64,000 nucleotides of DNA, taken from NCBI GenBank assembly GCA_043732185.1, contig JAYTHY010000088.1, positions 1 through 64,000 of the forward strand, given 5' to 3'. A program made the translations under genes and the position numbers. The DNA is from Fibrobacteria bacterium (GTDB lineage Bacteria; Fibrobacterota; Fibrobacteria; UBA11236). Positions 1 through 9,168 of the stretch are shown piece after piece; the stretch's first letter is position 1; each line of letters starts with the position of its first letter. The notes beneath the pieces were generated by a model, which ran no database searches, had not been told where the DNA came from, and saw only the letters and a list, made by a program, of their open reading frames with translations.

Positions 1-159
1 AGGGCTCAAGGCCCAAGCAACAAAACCTCGAAGAAAACGAACCTGTCCTCGAAAGGTCCGGCAGCCTGTCACCAAGTGGCCACGACTCATCCAGAACGAA
101 TATCAAAAAGGGGAAATCCAATTCGAAATCAGGAGATCATGAGTTTCCGAAAGGCATTG
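1..159 (+). mobile_element. Right end of an IS4-family insertion sequence (transposase C-terminus plus terminal inverted repeat), cut by the window edge
   Basis: Frame 2 (2-142) reads GLKAQATKPRRKRTCPRKVRQPVTKWPRL...IRRS*, resembling the basic R-x-C-P-R-x-V C-terminus of IS4 transposases. It is followed directly by GTTTCCGAAAGGCATTG (143-159), whose reverse complement starts CAATGCC like IS4-subgroup IRs. Confidence 0.7.
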
Positions 160-238
160 CGCCTAATAAGGATTATAGTTAAAAGTCCTAGAATTATAAG
201 TGTTGTCAAATAGATTGTTTTGAGTTTAATATGCACCT

Positions 239-765
239 CTACTTGTAAATTTCCACGACAAGTGAATCAGTGGGAACTCTGCTCTTTAGAAAATTTTCGA
301 GGTCGGCTGGCATGAAAAGCTGTTGAGGCCATGCGACAAGTTTGGCAGCCGTTTTTTCTTTCCAGTTGAGCCCATTGCCTTCGATGTATTTTTTGGCATT
401 GGTATCAAGTCCCGGCAATGCTTGCCTTGCACCAGCCAGGCTTTCTGTAGTGCAGTGGCCTTTTCTCCGGTAATATATTTGGAAAAGTCAGTCCAGACCC
501 GTAGCATGCCTTCGCCTTCTGAATCTCCTGCTCCCCAGGTTTTGCCATACCTGCCAAAATCGTATGTCATGTCACTTTTGGAAATAGTCACTCGTATGGC
601 AACATGACCATAGGGCTGTATTTGGCCGTGTTTTTCATAGGGTCCGCCGACGAGAATTTCCATATGGGCAGGAAGCACAATTACTGTATGAGAACCCGTT
701 GAGACCTTTACACCGAATTTCTCTTCGATTCTGGTTATCTGGATTTTCTTGGTTTCGTCGGACAT
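239..765 (-). pseudogene. Frameshifted or internally deleted gene, probable permuted papain-like fold (GH...YDFGRY...CTT)
   Basis: The ORF from 765 has YGHVAIRV and YDFGRYG. Near 455 the protein-like sequence continues in another frame (CTTESLAGARQALPG...LFMPADLENFL...EIYK*, stop 239-241). Confidence 0.55.
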
Positions 766-1301
766 CTTCGATTCGCCCTTTTTCCAATTAGAAAATATAT
801 ATCTCGATTAAGCTTTCCTATGCTTGAGATCTTCAAATGGAGCTTAGGTAAATCGAAGTCCTTTTCCAAGTTATCCGCCCATTACTACGGTTCCACGCTC
901 CACCCAAATCCATTTCTTGTTTAAGATTCAATGAAGAAACCACGCCGATAAAATATTGAGCACACAAATAGCACTTTTGCGCAGGCTCAGGCTGGTGAAC
1001 CACACTTAAGGAGCTGTTTAAGCTCCTGGGTTAAAAAATTAGGTAGGTAGTTTCCAGAATCCGAGTCCGTCCAGATTCGTTATAATCTGGGAAAATACTC
1101 TTGGAAGACTTAGTAGAGGGCCGCCTTTCCAGGTTCACGGCGGGCTAAGTTATGGTGGGTAATTGATCGATGCGTTGCTAAACCCAATGCGAAATTGGCC
1201 ACGGCCAACGCTTCCACCATGGAGCTTGGACGGCGGCGCGTTGCGCGGAGTGTTAGGAAATATGATTACGATAACAAGATAATTGAAGATTTCTCCTCGA
1301 T

Positions 1302-1607
1302 TTAGCCCTTCTTATACGTGATCTTTTTGGATCCGCCTTCGCAACTTCCTACAATCTTTGCGTCTTTAACATCGGCCTTGGAAACGATATCCAAAGAAAA
1401 GGTTTTGACGCCTTTGGCCTTGATCTTGGTGTCGATTTCAGTTTTTAAATCGTCACAGGTTTTTTTGTTTGCCGTTGCTGGAGCGGCTTTTTCTGTGGCT
1501 GCAGTCGGTGTGGGAGTCGCGGCCTTGGCAGTTTCCGAAAAAGCATTCTGACCAAGAAGGAGTCCGAAAACGAATGGAATCAATTGATATATGGATTTCG
1601 ATGACAT
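1302..1607 (-). CDS. DUF1161 (YnfD-like) exported small protein
   Basis: Signal peptide, Ala/Thr/Pro linker, then CDDLKTEIDTKIKAKGV...VGSCEGGSKKITY. AAAGGGG precedes the ATG at 1607. Confidence 0.8.
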   Translation of the reverse strand: MSSKSIYQLIPFVFGLLLGQNAFSETAKAATPTPTAATEKAAPATANKKTCDDLKTEIDTKIKAKGVKTFSLDIVSKADVKDAKIVGSCEGGSKKITYKKG

Positions 1608-2023
1608 AAAATCCCCTTTCAATGAGTTGGGCATAGTTTACAATTATATGGAATAGCAAATCGAATTTAACCTTGACCATTGCAGCCTACAAGGGTTTAT
1701 TGAGTATTCTTTTACTCCAGTGTTACCGAGTTTCTGGTAAAAAGCTCAATCAAAACGATGTTGTTTTGAGCCCAGCATATACGGTAACGTCCACAACGGA
1801 TTGCCCTGGTAGACTTCTAAAAAACGTATAGGTCATTTGTTGCTTCTGGGGTCGATTTTGGACACGCACCTCGCCTGCACCCAGTCCGTCTCTGCTTGCG
1901 CAATACCGCGGTATTAATACAGGCGCAAAAGCCTATTTTGCTTGGATTGGAAATACGTGGTCCCTCACCAGCCACGATTGCGTCACCAAGGTATTCTCGC
2001 ATGGAATAATCTATAGTCGGGCA

Positions 2024-2248
2024 TTGCGTGTCGATTATTTCGATAGGCTAAAAGCCAACGATGCCACTGGCCTTACCTACTGGCTGCATAGAAGTGAGGT
2101 AATTGAATTGATGCTCTCCAATGGCAACCAATTCTTTGTTGATGGCGATGATGGTACGCGTTCGGAGGTGATGATTGAGGGTCATTATGTGCGAACCCGT
2201 TCAGACTGGTCCAAGCGAGATATTCTTTTATCCTTGCCAGTTTTTTAG
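2024..2248 (+). CDS. DUF3892-like domain, possibly the remnant 3' end of a longer gene
   Basis: The C-terminus YVRTRSDWSKRDILLSLPVF resembles DUF3892. The frame is open back to about 1832 with no ATG upstream of 2024. Confidence 0.45.
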   Translation: MRVDYFDRLKANDATGLTYWLHRSEVIELMLSNGNQFFVDGDDGTRSEVMIEGHYVRTRSDWSKRDILLSLPVF

Positions 2249-2274
2249 TCCATTACTCGGATTTAAATAGAGAA

Positions 2275-3615
2275 TTATGGAATTCTTCCTACAAGGGAAT
2301 ATTCGATAGCGACGGCGGCTACAGACCGCGTCCAAGCAACCTTGATTGATCCTGATTTTCCGAAAACAATTCGAGCGGGAATATGTTGCACGCCCAACTT
2401 ATGCGATGCAATTCCTACTCCCAAGGCGCCCACCATTCCAAGCTCGGCATGAGTCAAGGATTCCCAGGCCATATGATGGTCAACTCCGGAGGGCCGCAAC
2501 ATTGTTTCTATAAGGGCTTTTGAAACGGGGAGGGGCATTCCCAGTCGGTTATGATAGTGATTATAGCCGGTTTCCCAAGTCGGATTTAAACTGGAATTTA
2601 TTGTTCCCCCGCATAACCAATTCGGTACAGTTTTTCCGGTAATATAGTCGGCATGAAATTCCATGGCCGCGACGAGACGTTTTGATTGCTCACCATAAAG
2701 GTCAATGCCTTGTAAATAAGCGGTTTCCGCTACATTGAGGACGGCGGCCAAACCATATTGGGTATGGCCAAAATCGCGACAGGTTTCTTGAGCCAAGCCA
2801 TTTTCGAATTGGGTTTGATCATACCAGTATTTTATTAAGGAAACGGAATCGGTGTGATTGCCGGAAGGTGGTGCAATGGGAAGGTGTCCGTCTTCCTTTA
2901 AATAGAAGTAGGCGGGCACCCGTTTTCGCCACATGGAAACGGCTTTTTCGAATACGGTATGGTCATCCAAAAAAACGGCGATAGCTAGGGTGGCATCGAT
3001 CATGGAGAGCTCCCAGTTTCCATTTGACCCGCTGCCATTCACGATTAATGGGAGGTAAACATTTTTTAGCATATTCGAAAACTGGGTCATCTCGCCTGCG
3101 GGCCATCCCGTATAGGTATAGCGGATAAGTTCTCCAGCTCGTGGGAACTCGGAAGCCACCCAGGCGGATTGTAATGGGGCATTACTTAAAGTATGGGTTT
3201 TTAAAATCGCCGACCAGGCATTCATGATTTCAATGGATTTTTTGGCATACGCTTCTTTACCCGTGAAATACCAAAGTAAAGCTTGAGTATAGGCGGCGAT
3301 GGCATCTCGTTTTTCATCTGAGCAGCCAATATCGGGATTGGAAAAAGAACCGCAATCAACGGAAGCTCGCGGGTTAGCAGTATAGGTTAACGATGCATAT
3401 GGGCTGGAATTCATATTGTCAAAAGCGGCCTTCCACGGAGCCGTTCCGGATTTGATCTTGTCCTTGATGAAATCTAACTGGGCTTGATTATTGATAATGC
3501 CTGGATGTACGAAAGCAGCACCCTTAATGCTTAGGGGAAGCAAGATGCCAATGACTAATACGGCAGGAAAATATTTAGCTTGAGACTGAAAATACCTTTT
3601 TACAAAGACTATCAT
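2275..3615 (-). CDS. Secreted alginate lyase family protein
   Basis: Signal peptide, then FVHPGI, NGNWELSM and QETCRDFGHTQYG motifs; short C-terminal YSLVGR tail. Confidence 0.8.
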   Translation of the reverse strand: MIVFVKRYFQSQAKYFPAVLVIGILLPLSIKGAAFVHPGIINNQAQLDFIKDKIKSGTAPWKAAFDNMNSSPYASLTYTANPRASVDCGSFSNPDIGCSDEKRDAIAAYTQALLWYFTGKEAYAKKSIEIMNAWSAILKTHTLSNAPLQSAWVASEFPRAGELIRYTYTGWPAGEMTQFSNMLKNVYLPLIVNGSGSNGNWELSMIDATLAIAVFLDDHTVFEKAVSMWRKRVPAYFYLKEDGHLPIAPPSGNHTDSVSLIKYWYDQTQFENGLAQETCRDFGHTQYGLAAVLNVAETAYLQGIDLYGEQSKRLVAAMEFHADYITGKTVPNWLCGGTINSSLNPTWETGYNHYHNRLGMPLPVSKALIETMLRPSGVDHHMAWESLTHAELGMVGALGVGIASHKLGVQHIPARIVFGKSGSIKVAWTRSVAAVAIEYSLVGRIP

Positions 3616-3651
3616 GATTTACCCCTAGAGTGCTGCATCATGAACCACAGG

Positions 3652-5073
3652 TCAGCACTCAGCCACGTTCACGGGGATATTCAAAGCCAGACCACCTTCC
3701 GACGTTTCTTTATATTTCGAATTCATGTCCAGCGCCGTTTCCCACATGGATTTTATGACAGTGTCTAGAGTCACCTTGGCTTTAGCAGGATTGCCTTCTA
3801 GGGCCAGGTGGCAGGCGGTGATGGCCTTAATCGCTCCCATGGTATTTCTTTCAATGCACGGAATCTGAACCAATCCTCCAACGGGATCGCAAGTTAAACC
3901 GAGATGATGTTCCATGGCAATTTCCGCCGCCATCAATACCTTATGAATGTCTCCGCCCTGGCTTTGGGTCAAGGCGGCCGCGGCCATGGCGCTGGATACC
4001 CCAATCTCAGCTTGGCAACCACCCATGGCGGCTGAAAGCGTGGACCCTTTTTTAAACAAGCTGCCTATTTCACCGGCCGTGAGCAAAAAATCTTCTATCC
4101 CGGTTTCGTTACCATTGCAAAAGCAGATATAGTACATGAGCACGGCGGGAATCACGCCAGCGGCGCCATTGGTTGGAGCGGTAACGACTCTACCGAAGGA
4201 TGCGTTTTGTTCATTGACTGCTAGGGCAAAGCAGCTAACCCATTTTAGAATGTCTTGAAAACTTCCTCCTTGCTTTCGAATAGCATCCAGCCAAGCATCC
4301 GCATCAGCATAGGTTGCGCCTTTCAGCAAATCGCGCTGCATGGCCGGTGCCCGGCGAGTTACCTCTAATCCTCCCGGAAGGATTCCACTTGTATGACATC
4401 CCAAGTAAATGCATTGTTTCATGGTTTCCCAAATGAGACCCAATTCCTTTTTTATGGATGCGTCCGTTCTCCAAGCTCTTTCATTTTGAAGAATGACTTC
4501 AGGTGCACGGAGACCTTGGCTTAGGCAATGCTTAAGAAGATCGTCGGCTTTCTCAATGGGAAACGGTAACGGTAGGGCGCGGCTATTTCTTATGGGAGTA
4601 AGTTCTTGAGCTATGAATCCGCCACCTATGGAGAAGTAGGTTTCCGAATAGACGGCGCCGTCCATTAATTGAGCCGTACATTTCATGCCATTGGGATGAA
4701 AGGGTAGGGAAATGTGTTTGTGAAAGATTATCCCCGTTACCGGAATAAAGACTATGGATTTTCCGGGTAGCAGGAAGAGTTGGTTCGACTCATTTAGGTT
4801 ATGGATTTTTTCCGGGATGGTAGCGATATCGCAATGTGCGGGATCTTCACCCAATAGGCCCATCATTACGGCTATATCGGTGCCATGACCCTTTCCCGTT
4901 TTAGCTAACGAGCCGTATAACTCTATCTGCAATTCCACAATATGTTCGAGCATCCCCAATTCGCGACAAGTTTGCACAAATTGCTGCGTAGCCCTCCAAG
5001 GGCCCATGGTATGCGAACTGGATGGTCCCACGCCAATTTTGAAGATATCGAAAACGCTAATGGATTCGTGCAT
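3652..5073 (-). CDS. sdaA: L-serine ammonia-lyase (Fe-S, single chain)
   Basis: [71 protein letters not shown]. Confidence 0.97.
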   Translation of the reverse strand: MHESISVFDIFKIGVGPSSSHTMGPWRATQQFVQTCRELGMLEHIVELQIELYGSLAKTGKGHGTDIAVMMGLLGEDPAHCDIATIPEKIHNLNESNQLFLLPGKSIVFIPVTGIIFHKHISLPFHPNGMKCTAQLMDGAVYSETYFSIGGGFIAQELTPIRNSRALPLPFPIEKADDLLKHCLSQGLRAPEVILQNERAWRTDASIKKELGLIWETMKQCIYLGCHTSGILPGGLEVTRRAPAMQRDLLKGATYADADAWLDAIRKQGGSFQDILKWVSCFALAVNEQNASFGRVVTAPTNGAAGVIPAVLMYYICFCNGNETGIEDFLLTAGEIGSLFKKGSTLSAAMGGCQAEIGVSSAMAAAALTQSQGGDIHKVLMAAEIAMEHHLGLTCDPVGGLVQIPCIERNTMGAIKAITACHLALEGNPAKAKVTLDTVIKSMWETALDMNSKYKETSEGGLALNIPVNVAEC

Positions 5074-5330
5074 AGACTTTGTTAATGGCAAGGTGCTTAA
5101 TTCCTACATTTCTGGCAATTCCGCTTGGGTCACGTAAAAATGTTCGCTTAACCTCACCTAAATAGGGGTGAAGGAACGGACATAATGAGGCAGAAATGTC
5201 ATAATCGAATAGCAATCGTGCTTGGGTAGTAAAGCATCGAACATGTTTTAGCATGGGTCTGAGATTTGATGGACTTCGAATAACGCGTAAATATTCAATT
5301 GCCCCTCAGGAGGATTCTTTTTGAATTTGC

Positions 5331-5359
5331 GAAACGTATCGGGTGTAGGAACAGACTCA
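5331..5359 (+). promoter_or_regulatory. Putative ECF sigma promoter, copy 1 (GAAACGT-N15-AGACTCA)
   Basis: The same motif and spacing occur at 6250-6278 (+) and 9117-9145 (-). The ATG starts 10 nt after the last base of AGAC. Confidence 0.7.
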
Positions 5360-5365
5360 TGCCCT

Positions 5366-6199
5366 ATGAGAATTTCCCATCTGTTCTTATTCCTCTTAGC
5401 CCTCAGTTTTCCGGTCTCTCCACTTGGCGCTCCAATCTCTACATCGTGGGAGAAGTGGGCCGCGTATCAGGACTCAAGTCAAAAGCAGCTGAACTATGGC
5501 CCATGGAAGGTTTTTCTTGCAACTTACCTTGACACAACCTCCAAAGACCAGATAAATCGACTCCGATATGGCAAAGTATCGAAACGGGATCGGGCTGTTT
5601 TGGAATCCTTTCTTGAGGTATTGCAAGGAGAGACAATACGTACTTTGAACAGGCAGGAGCAAAAAGCCTTTTGGATGAATCTATACAATGCGATGACGGT
5701 TGCCGTGGTTCTTCGGGCCTATCCCATCGGCAGCATTCGCGAGATCGAACTTCCCAACAGCGTATCCAAAGCTGGTCCATGGGATGCTAAAATCATGCGC
5801 GTCGAAGGCGTCGAACTCTCACTCAATGATATCGAACATCAAATTTTGCGACCCCTTTGGAAAGACAATCGGGTCCATTTCGCTTTGAATTGCGCCAGCC
5901 TGGGTTGCCCCAATCTGGCTCCTGTTCCCTTCACAGCAGCGAACTCGCAAGCCTTACTGAATAGAGGCACCAAATATTTTATTCAATCTGAACGCGGTTC
6001 TTCTTTTGACGGCAAGACTCTGGTCCTCTCCAGTATTTTCGATTGGTACAAGGAAGATTTTGGATCCGATCGCGACAAGGTGGTCGAATTCATCTCCCTA
6101 TATTCCGATCCTGTGATTCGGAAAAAGCTTGAGGATTTCAAAGGTGGAATGAAGTACCAGTATGATTGGAAGCTGAACGATGCCGTGCCTCGGCCCTGA
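5366..6199 (+). CDS. DUF547 domain secreted protein
   Basis: Signal peptide; AFWMNLYNA, LSLNDIEHQILR, RVHFALNCASLGCPNL, LSSIFDWYKEDF, YDWKLND. Confidence 0.92.
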   Translation: MRISHLFLFLLALSFPVSPLGAPISTSWEKWAAYQDSSQKQLNYGPWKVFLATYLDTTSKDQINRLRYGKVSKRDRAVLESFLEVLQGETIRTLNRQEQKAFWMNLYNAMTVAVVLRAYPIGSIREIELPNSVSKAGPWDAKIMRVEGVELSLNDIEHQILRPLWKDNRVHFALNCASLGCPNLAPVPFTAANSQALLNRGTKYFIQSERGSSFDGKTLVLSSIFDWYKEDFGSDRDKVVEFISLYSDPVIRKKLEDFKGGMKYQYDWKLNDAVPRP

Positions 6200-6249
6200 G
6201 TAGGTTTGGGTCCCCGTCCATGGGGATGCGTCGATGTTCGTTTTTTCTT

Positions 6250-6278
6250 GAAACGTTTCGCTGAATGTCAGAGACTCA
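6250..6278 (+). promoter_or_regulatory. Putative ECF sigma promoter, copy 2 (GAAACGT-N15-AGACTCA)
   Basis: Identical boxes and spacing to copy 1. The ATG (6285) again starts 10 nt after AGAC. Confidence 0.7.
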
Positions 6279-6284
6279 GGGAGC

Positions 6285-7112
6285 ATGAATAAAGTTCCGC
6301 AATGCTTCCTATTCCTTTTCGCCGGATTGTTTTCATTCACACGGACCCAGGGTGAAAGCTTTCGAATTTCCGGACTGGCCGTGGGTATTGGAGACTGGAT
6401 AAACGTCTCGGACCGGGATTGGAGCACACGGGAGGATTACGGAACCTTGCCTGCAGCCTCCTTGTATTGGGCTGGGTGGGGCTGGAACGGCAGCTTGGGC
6501 GTCCCATTGAAATCCTCATTCAAACGGATTGGGCATAAGACACGCTACTCGCTAGGTGACGGTGAAATATCGGTGGGGAAGCGAATCGGCGCGTGGTCTC
6601 CCAGGATGTCCCTGAAATTCCCTGCCTATGATTGGTCCGTGGCGCATCCGGGAGTGAACGAACTGTATATCGGAAGTGGCACCTGGGATTTGGCTGTAGG
6701 GTTGGGCGGACGCATTCCAAATAGCTTTCTCTCCAAGCGGCTTACCCTTCAATTCGACATCGAGGGGTCCACGGTTCTGGCGACCGGATTGGCTGACTAC
6801 GGTTCGTACAAAGGCCTTGGTGCCTTCCAGGCTTCGTATGCTTTGGGCAGCCGTTGGAAGGCAGGGATGACCACACTCTTTCTTTTCGATCACTGGATCT
6901 GGATCCCGAATTATTGGGATCAGGAGGGAGAAACCAAATTTTCCATTGTACCCGGAGCCGTCGTAGGAGTCAGGATTTTCCAATCCACCTATTTGGATGC
7001 TAAAGCCGGTTGGGGCTTGTATGAATACAAGAAGTTGATCCGTCCAAAGTATGCGACTCTAAGCCAGGACTCATATCACTTCGGCATCTCCATTTATCAA
7101 GCTTTCAAATGA
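6285..7112 (+). CDS. Putative outer-membrane beta-barrel protein (unknown family)
   Basis: Signal peptide; alternating Gly/aromatic-rich strands, LGDGEI and GSGTWD motifs reminiscent of MetA-pathway-type barrels, C-terminal FGISIYQAFK. Confidence 0.55.
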   Translation: MNKVPQCFLFLFAGLFSFTRTQGESFRISGLAVGIGDWINVSDRDWSTREDYGTLPAASLYWAGWGWNGSLGVPLKSSFKRIGHKTRYSLGDGEISVGKRIGAWSPRMSLKFPAYDWSVAHPGVNELYIGSGTWDLAVGLGGRIPNSFLSKRLTLQFDIEGSTVLATGLADYGSYKGLGAFQASYALGSRWKAGMTTLFLFDHWIWIPNYWDQEGETKFSIVPGAVVGVRIFQSTYLDAKAGWGLYEYKKLIRPKYATLSQDSYHFGISIYQAFK

Positions 7113-7889
7113 AGGCTGCTCGAACCATTTTAGGCGCGTCCAGGTTTCGAACCAAGAGGGAATCTTGGACATCAAAGAGTTTACCTCCGGGGAATCAAGA
7201 TTTTCGGCCACAGCTTCACATGCCAAACCCAGGGGCTGGCCCGCGCGTAGCCTGTTCAACAGGTGGAATGGAATCGGATCCAGTTCTTTCCACTCTACAT
7301 CATTCCCATTTCTAAAAACCGCCCAATAACCCTTCCTGTCCAGGACAATCGGAACTTCATTCTTTTTTTCCTCCAAGGCCGTGCGGCATTCCATCAGGTT
7401 CCAGTCCTCTTCCAGCAGGGAAAAACATGGCTGAAAAACCAGGGAAGTGTCGGCCAGTATTTCCAATTCTCGTGGGGAGAGTTTGCTCGGGTCCAAGGGG
7501 AAAACAACAGGTGCATGAAAGGCATTCAGCATGGCTATTTCCAGGGCAGCGATTTGTATGAGTTGGGGTGTATTGTAAATCACACTGGTTTTTAAAAATT
7601 CCACGAACCCATTGGGCAAGTTTTGGAGATAGGGCGAGCGGGAAGGATGCTGATCCAGAAAGGCCGTTGCAAGTTGATTGAATTTCCAAAGGCCCATGGT
7701 CCCGGCCAGCAGGGGAAAATCCTGTTGGAGAACTGTCATTAGGCGATACCAATATTGCTCATTGTATACCACTAGTCGATCTATTCTGGATTGGAATCGG
7801 CCGGTGGAAAAGGAGAATGGCGTTCGGATCAATTTACCGAATTGTTCCTGGATTAGAACCAGTTCGAGTGGTGGGATCCTTTTTTCCAT
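7071..7889 (-). CDS. DUF2063 / HvfC-BufC-like MNIO partner protein
   Basis: RLVVYNEQYWYRL...QQDFP...FLDQHPSRSPYL...IAALE; lies directly downstream of DUF692. Confidence 0.85.
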   Translation of the reverse strand: MEKRIPPLELVLIQEQFGKLIRTPFSFSTGRFQSRIDRLVVYNEQYWYRLMTVLQQDFPLLAGTMGLWKFNQLATAFLDQHPSRSPYLQNLPNGFVEFLKTSVIYNTPQLIQIAALEIAMLNAFHAPVVFPLDPSKLSPRELEILADTSLVFQPCFSLLEEDWNLMECRTALEEKKNEVPIVLDRKGYWAVFRNGNDVEWKELDPIPFHLLNRLRAGQPLGLACEAVAENLDSPEVNSLMSKIPSWFETWTRLKWFEQPSFESLINGDAEVI

Positions 7890-7891
7890 TT

Positions 7892-8713
7892 TCAACAGGC
7901 CACCTGGTAGTCGCGGGCCCGCAGCGCTTCGGCATGCAGCTCTGGAAATGGGGGGATTTTATCATCCCGTTCCAGCAAGGTCGGAAATCCGCCGGAAATA
8001 TTCCATGCATGTCCATACAATTCCCAAACCTCGCGGCGCACTTTTTCCTCATGGGTGTCGAGGAGGGTGCCATCCTGTTTTTCAGTGTGACCGGCGATAT
8101 GGCATTGTAAAACTTTGTCCCAGCGAATGGAATCCAGATACCTTCGGGCGTCAAACCCATGATTCACGGAAGAGACGAATACGTTATTGATATCCAGCAT
8201 GTACCCACATCCGGAAAGTTCCACCACTCGATTGTAAAAATCCGATTCTTCCATTTCGCTTTCCTTGAAGCTCGCGTAACTCGATAGATTCTCCAATCCG
8301 AAAGGAATGCCGATGAAATCCTGAACTTCGGAAATCCGTTCTGCTATGTACCGCGCATTTTCCTCCGTGTACGGTACAGGAAGGAGGTCGTGGTGATGGA
8401 TTCCATGGGTGGAAGTCCAGCAAAGGTGATCGGTGAAATATGGTGTTGCAGTCATTACGGTGAGAGCTTTCAAACGATCCAAATAGGAATAATCCAAAGG
8501 ATCAGTTGAAGCGATGCCCAAGCTGACACCGTGGAGCACGACAGGATAGGTGGAAAGAATTCGCTCAAGATTCCGTTTTGGAAGCGGCGCATCGCCCATG
8601 AAGTTTTCCGATACAATTTCGAAAAATTCCACTTTCGGCCATTCGGAAAAGATGTGGCGGTAATGCGGCAATCGCAAGCCTAGTCCTATAGCGTTTCGTG
8701 GAATTCTGTTCAT
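7892..8713 (-). CDS. DUF692 multinuclear non-heme iron-dependent oxidative enzyme (MNIO)
   Basis: GLGLRLPH, FEIVSENFM, HGVSLGI, TDHLCWT, HDLLP, LENLSSY, LDINNVFVSSVNH, HIAGH, DTH, LLERD. Confidence 0.96.
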   Translation of the reverse strand: MNRIPRNAIGLGLRLPHYRHIFSEWPKVEFFEIVSENFMGDAPLPKRNLERILSTYPVVLHGVSLGIASTDPLDYSYLDRLKALTVMTATPYFTDHLCWTSTHGIHHHDLLPVPYTEENARYIAERISEVQDFIGIPFGLENLSSYASFKESEMEESDFYNRVVELSGCGYMLDINNVFVSSVNHGFDARRYLDSIRWDKVLQCHIAGHTEKQDGTLLDTHEEKVRREVWELYGHAWNISGGFPTLLERDDKIPPFPELHAEALRARDYQVAC

Positions 8714-8727
8714 GGAGTTTTCAATAC

Positions 8728-8769
8728 GGCTCCTCCGCTTTACCGCTATCGGATTTAAGCGGAGGAGCC
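8728..8769 (-). other. Intergenic 13-bp stem-loop between precursor and MNIO genes
   Basis: GGCTCCTCCGCTT (8728-8740) pairs perfectly with AAGCGGAGGAGCC (8757-8769) around a 16-nt loop. Confidence 0.8.
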
Positions 8770-8775
8770 ATTGGT

Positions 8776-9075
8776 TCAGGACTCGATACAGCTCCCGCCC
8801 TTGCAGGCGGAATGGCCTTTGCACTCGTGTTGCGCAACGCCCTTTCCTTCCTGGTAGCTGTGGCCTTTGCACTCATTCAGGGACTGGCACTCATGGGTCT
8901 TGAAGGTGCCCCCCAATTTGGTACACTCCGTTTGGAAGTCGGCCAGGGTCTTGGCTGCGACGATGCCGTTCATAGTCGCTGGCGCGCTGGAAGTACTGTT
9001 TTCGCATGCCGTAAAAGTAAAGCTGCCAGCCATCATTCCTGCGATGGCGAGACGGGTTAGTGATCGCTTATCCAT
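8776..9075 (-). CDS. Cys-rich MNIO precursor (bufferin/BufA2-like CKG repeats) with lipoprotein signal peptide
   Basis: Strong RBS (TAAGGAG), lipobox FTAC at Cys24, repeats HECQSLNECKGHS and HECKGHSACKGGSC; immediately upstream of DUF692. Confidence 0.85.
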   Translation of the reverse strand: MDKRSLTRLAIAGMMAGSFTFTACENSTSSAPATMNGIVAAKTLADFQTECTKLGGTFKTHECQSLNECKGHSYQEGKGVAQHECKGHSACKGGSCIES

Positions 9076-9116
9076 TCTTAATCTCCTTATCAGGAACCCG
9101 GAATTGGGTTCGCCAA

Positions 9117-9145
9117 TGTGTCTTTGTCGTTACGCAAAATGTTTC
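9117..9145 (-). promoter_or_regulatory. Putative ECF sigma promoter, copy 3 (GAAACAT-N15-AGACACA)
   Basis: Same bipartite motif, on the minus strand about 40 nt upstream of the precursor ATG. Confidence 0.7.
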
Positions 9146-9168
9146 AAACAAAATGATCGACTCCTTCA

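Noticed and set aside
8714..8872. 53-aa N-terminal extension of DUF692 in the ORF track
   Set aside because: It overlaps the precursor gene and hairpin; family homology starts at Met 8713.
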